Under the pieces are notes generated by a model. It was given only the letters and a program-made list of their open reading frames with translations, was not told where the DNA came from and did no database searches. Below, piece after piece: positions 35,708 through 38,506 of a stretch of DNA of 38,506 nucleotides; the stretch's first letter is position 1, and every line of letters begins with the position of its first letter. Source of the stretch: an uncultured Bacteroidales bacterium (GTDB taxonomy: Bacteria > Bacteroidota > Bacteroidia > Bacteroidales > UBA1715); NCBI GenBank assembly GCA_964558075.1, contig CAZLCY010000003.1, positions 1 to 38,506 of the forward strand. The letters run 5' to 3'. Position numbers and translations under genes: made by a program.

Positions 35708-38506
35708 ATGATTAAACAGATACTACTTTTTACTATTGTTTTTATATTTTCTTTTTCACTGTTTTCGCAACAGTCATATAATATATTGAATTATTCAAAA
35801 GTTGATGGATTAAGTGATAATTATATTTATGATTTAGAAGAAGATTTTCGCAGAAAAATATGGATTACAACCGGACATGGTATTAATTCTTTTAACGGGA
35901 GTGATTTTAAAACGTATGTGCGTGACGATACTACTTATTCAAATCTTGTTCGCAATGATTTTTTATGTGTATATGAAGATGAAAATAACCATTTATGGTT
36001 TGGAAGTTTTAACGGAACAATATATCGATTCAATCAGGAAACGCATAAGTTTGAAGATGTTTCATTGCATCATGTTACATTATTAGAATATCCTATTTTT
36101 AGGGGTTTTTACCAATCTGATTCTTCCGAGTTATATGGACTTTCGGCACATGGTATTTATCGTTATAGTATTTATTCTCACAAATTCCACAAAGGTTTTC
36201 GCGAATTCCCTGTTTTAAACAATGAGCAAGTGTATGTTATGCATATTGATACTCATGGTAATTATTGGATTGGAACAAAAACAAAAGGAGTTTTGTGTTT
36301 CTCTGCAGATTCATCACGGAAAATTATTGTGGAATTTCCTTCGTTTAGTTTACAAAAATCGCCGGTGGTAAATACTATTTTACCCCTTTCCGATACGCTT
36401 ATGCTATTAGGAACTTCTCACGGATTATTTTCTGTAAGCTATGCGGAATTCGGACAATTTTCTGTAACACAATTGTACGAAGACGATTTAGGCGGTGTTT
36501 TTATTGCTGCTTTAGCACGAGATAAGGAAGGTGATATATGGATTGGCACTTCGTATAAAGGACTGTGGGTTCTGAATCATGACAATCAATTACGTCGTAT
36601 ATCTGATATTGAAACCGATGGGGTTTCGATAGCTATTGTTAATGATATAATATGTGATAGAGATGGGCGAGTTTGGATAGCTTCGTATGGAAATGGATTG
36701 TTTTTGTATAATCCTGATTTCAGTGGTATAATTCAAACCAACACTAAATCAGGATTGACTCATAATGTTGTTTCGGCAATTAAATCCGATTCTCGCGGTA
36801 ATTTGTGGGTTGGAACAGATGGCGGCGGGATAAGTATTTTTGATGATGGCATGAATCTTTCCACAGTATTAAATGAAGAATCAGGCTTATCTTCAAATTC
36901 AATTATGAGTTTTGAATCGGATGGTGAATATATGTGGGTTTCTACATGGATGGGGGGTCTTATGAGGATTCATATTGAAACTTTTGATATACAGAAGATT
37001 ACAACAAAAAACTCTATTTTACCGACTGATGCGGTTAAAAGTATTTGTTTGGTTGAGAATGATATATATATAGGTACTCATGAACATGGATTGGGGCTGT
37101 ATAGTAAAGAAGCAAATTCTGTTTATATGAGTTTGCCTATAGATTATGGTGACTATTATCCGAATGTGCAGAAATATATTAATAAGGTTATATATGATTC
37201 GTATGGTAAAATTTGGGTCGCCACAATTCGAAATTTGTATTGTATAGAAAATGGGAAAGTTATTAATGTAATAGAAAATGATAGCCATATTTACCCCCAC
37301 AATCCGATTGAGGTTTCTGATATCGTTGAAACATACGATAATAAAATACTCGTTGCTACAAATAAAGGACCTTTTGTGGTTGATGCTCAAACTTTTGAAA
37401 AGCAAACTTTTGATACACTTATTCCTGAACTTGCTCAGACTAATATTTTGTCGGTTTTGTCAACACAAGATTCAATATATTGGTTGGCATCTGTTCGTGG
37501 ATTGTTTCAGTACAATCCTTCTAATCAAAGTTATAAAAAGGTTATTTTTTCTAAAACGTCTTTAGGTTTATTCTTTTTTGAAAGAGCCGCATTTGAGGAT
37601 AGTGCCGGAACCATTTATTTTGGTACCAATGAAGGTTTGTTTTCTTTTAAACCGTCTGAAATTTCTCAAAAACATGCTATTGCCGAATTATATTTTTCTG
37701 ATTTGTATATTTCATATCAAAAACAAATACCCGGCTCTTCTGTATTGCCAAAACACCTCTCATATTTGGACACTTTAGTCTTAGATACGTATAATGCGAC
37801 ATGGGGGGTGGCGTTTGAATCGGTATGTTATAATTCTCCCGAAGCAATAGAATATGCATACAGATTAATTGGTTTTGATGATAACTGGAATTATTTGGGA
37901 AAGAAGCACGAGGTTGTGTTTACCAATTTACCTCCCGGCACATATGAATTGCAAGTTAAAGCTTGGCAATTAAATATTGATGACGCACTCTCCACCTCTT
38001 TATTTATTGAAATTTTACCACCATGGTGGAAAACTTGGTGGTTTACGTTTTTTGCCTTATTAGGACTTATTCTTCTATTATATGGCTTCTATTATATGCG
38101 ATTGGTTTCGTTGGAAAAACAAAAAAGGAGACTTAAAAAAGAGGTTGCATATCAAACTAAAAAACTTGAGAACCAAAAACAGCATATAGAAAATCAACAT
38201 AAAGAATTATTGTGTGTTTCTAATAAATTACAAGAAAGTAATGAGGTCTTGTCTATTCAAAAAGAAGAATTGGAAGATTTAACCAAACAGTTGCAAGAGG
38301 AATCGTCTGAGTTGGCAGAATTGAATAAGTCTCTCAAACAGTTGAACGAAACCAATAATCAGTTCTTTTCATTAATTACACACGATGTTAAAAATTCTTT
38401 TTATTCTATTCATAGTTTAAGTGAAACTCTTAAAAATGATTATGATGAAATTACTAAAGTACAGAAACACAAAATAACGTCACTCATTTCTAATGCAACA
38501 TTAAAA
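35708..38506 (+). CDS. Two-component-regulator propeller/Y_Y_Y sensor histidine kinase, N-terminal 933 codons (runs off the right edge)
   Basis: Absent from the ORF track because it has no stop in the window. I translated the frame from the ATG at 35708 to 38506 with no stop. It reads MIKQILLFTIVFIFSFSLFSQQ (signal), then Reg_prop-type repeats (IWITTGHGINSFNG, LWFGSFNGTIYRFN, YWIGTKTKGV, IWIGTSYKGLWVLN, LWVGTDGGGISIFD), a Y_Y_Y module (YAYRLIGFDDNWNYLG...YELQVKAW), a TM segment (WWFTFFALLGLILLLYGFYY), a coiled coil, and the HisKA H-box FFSLITHDVKNSF. Confidence 0.85.
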   Translation, partial: MIKQILLFTIVFIFSFSLFSQQSYNILNYSKVDGLSDNYIYDLEEDFRRKIWITTGHGINSFNGSDFKTYVRDDTTYSNLVRNDFLCVYEDENNHLWFGSFNGTIYRFNQETHKFEDVSLHHVTLLEYPIFRGFYQSDSSELYGLSAHGIYRYSIYSHKFHKGFREFPVLNNEQVYVMHIDTHGNYWIGTKTKGVLCFSADSSRKIIVEFPSFSLQKSPVVNTILPLSDTLMLLGTSHGLFSVSYAEFGQFSVTQLYEDDLGGVFIAALARDKEGDIWIGTSYKGLWVLNHDNQLRRISDIETDGVSIAIVNDIICDRDGRVWIASYGNGLFLYNPDFSGIIQTNTKSGLTHNVVSAIKSDSRGNLWVGTDGGGISIFDDGMNLSTVLNEESGLSSNSIMSFESDGEYMWVSTWMGGLMRIHIETFDIQKITTKNSILPTDAVKSICLVENDIYIGTHEHGLGLYSKEANSVYMSLPIDYGDYYPNVQKYINKVIYDSYGKIWVATIRNLYCIENGKVINVIENDSHIYPHNPIEVSDIVETYDNKILVATNKGPFVVDAQTFEKQTFDTLIPELAQTNILSVLSTQDSIYWLASVRGLFQYNPSNQSYKKVIFSKTSLGLFFFERAAFEDSAGTIYFGTNEGLFSFKPSEISQKHAIAELYFSDLYISYQKQIPGSSVLPKHLSYLDTLVLDTYNATWGVAFESVCYNSPEAIEYAYRLIGFDDNWNYLGKKHEVVFTNLPPGTYELQVKAWQLNIDDALSTSLFIEILPPWWKTWWFTFFALLGLILLLYGFYYMRLVSLEKQKRRLKKEVAYQTKKLENQKQHIENQHKELLCVSNKLQESNEVLSIQKEELEDLTKQLQEESSELAELNKSLKQLNETNNQFFSLITHDVKNSFYSIHSLSETLKNDYDEITKVQKHKITSLISNATLK

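Noticed and set aside
37019-37778. ORFs 37019-37405 (minus), 37278-37565 (plus) and 37578-37778 (plus)
   Set aside because: All fall inside the uninterrupted 933-codon Y_Y_Y kinase frame (frame of 35708), which has clear repeat and H-box motifs. These are out-of-frame or antisense artefacts of AT-rich sequence.
1-38506. A scan for tRNA, rRNA, CRISPR arrays, IS elements, integrases, phage genes or known defence genes
   Set aside because: I saw no spaced direct-repeat array, no cloverleaf-capable GC-rich 75-nt segment, no rRNA-like conserved blocks and no transposase, integrase or nuclease/ATPase defence-type ORFs. The only sizeable non-coding stretch is 35161-35707.

Overview
This is an AT-rich chromosomal segment of Bacteroidota type. 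The evidence is a T9SS C-terminal sorting domain, Y_Y_Y propeller sensors, DUF1573/DUF3108/DUF4783-like proteins, TAnnTTTG -7 boxes and A-rich leaders with no Shine-Dalgarno. I call 33 protein-coding genes, two of them cut by the window edges. They are tightly packed in five strand blocks: minus 1-1462, plus 1550-10209, minus 10324-25830, plus 25924-30942, minus 30946-35160, then plus from 35708. Most are core housekeeping genes: lpxB, surE, pheT, rlmH, nadC, cydAB, an aminotransferase, mgtE, rsmA, recO, efp, gmhB-like, tsaB and pcm. Envelope and signalling genes are interspersed: two Y_Y_Y propeller sensors (one with a PP2C output, one with a histidine-kinase output), a 1223-aa multi-pass histidine kinase, a GAF-PP2C phosphatase, a T9SS-secreted trypsin-like protease, a CotH-family lipoprotein, and several outer-membrane or DUF proteins. 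I found no rRNA, tRNA, CRISPR array, IS/transposase, integrase, phage gene or recognisable defence or biosynthetic cluster. I do not see a clear-cut novel multi-gene system. The observations most worth a second look are: (1) a secreted PafA/NPP-family alkaline-phosphatase homologue whose nucleophile and most metal-ligand motifs look substituted, translationally coupled to an outer-membrane barrel gene; (2) a roughly 520-nt non-coding island at 35161-35707, made of patches of different short repeats plus two GC-rich hairpins; (3) a Y_Y_Y-PP2C sensor phosphatase paired with a T9SS protease; (4) a CotH lipoprotein coupled to a DUF2490-like barrel inside the tsaB operon; and (5) many sensors in the window but no response regulator, STAS, anti-sigma or sigma partner. 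All family assignments come from motif recognition by eye, not from database searches.
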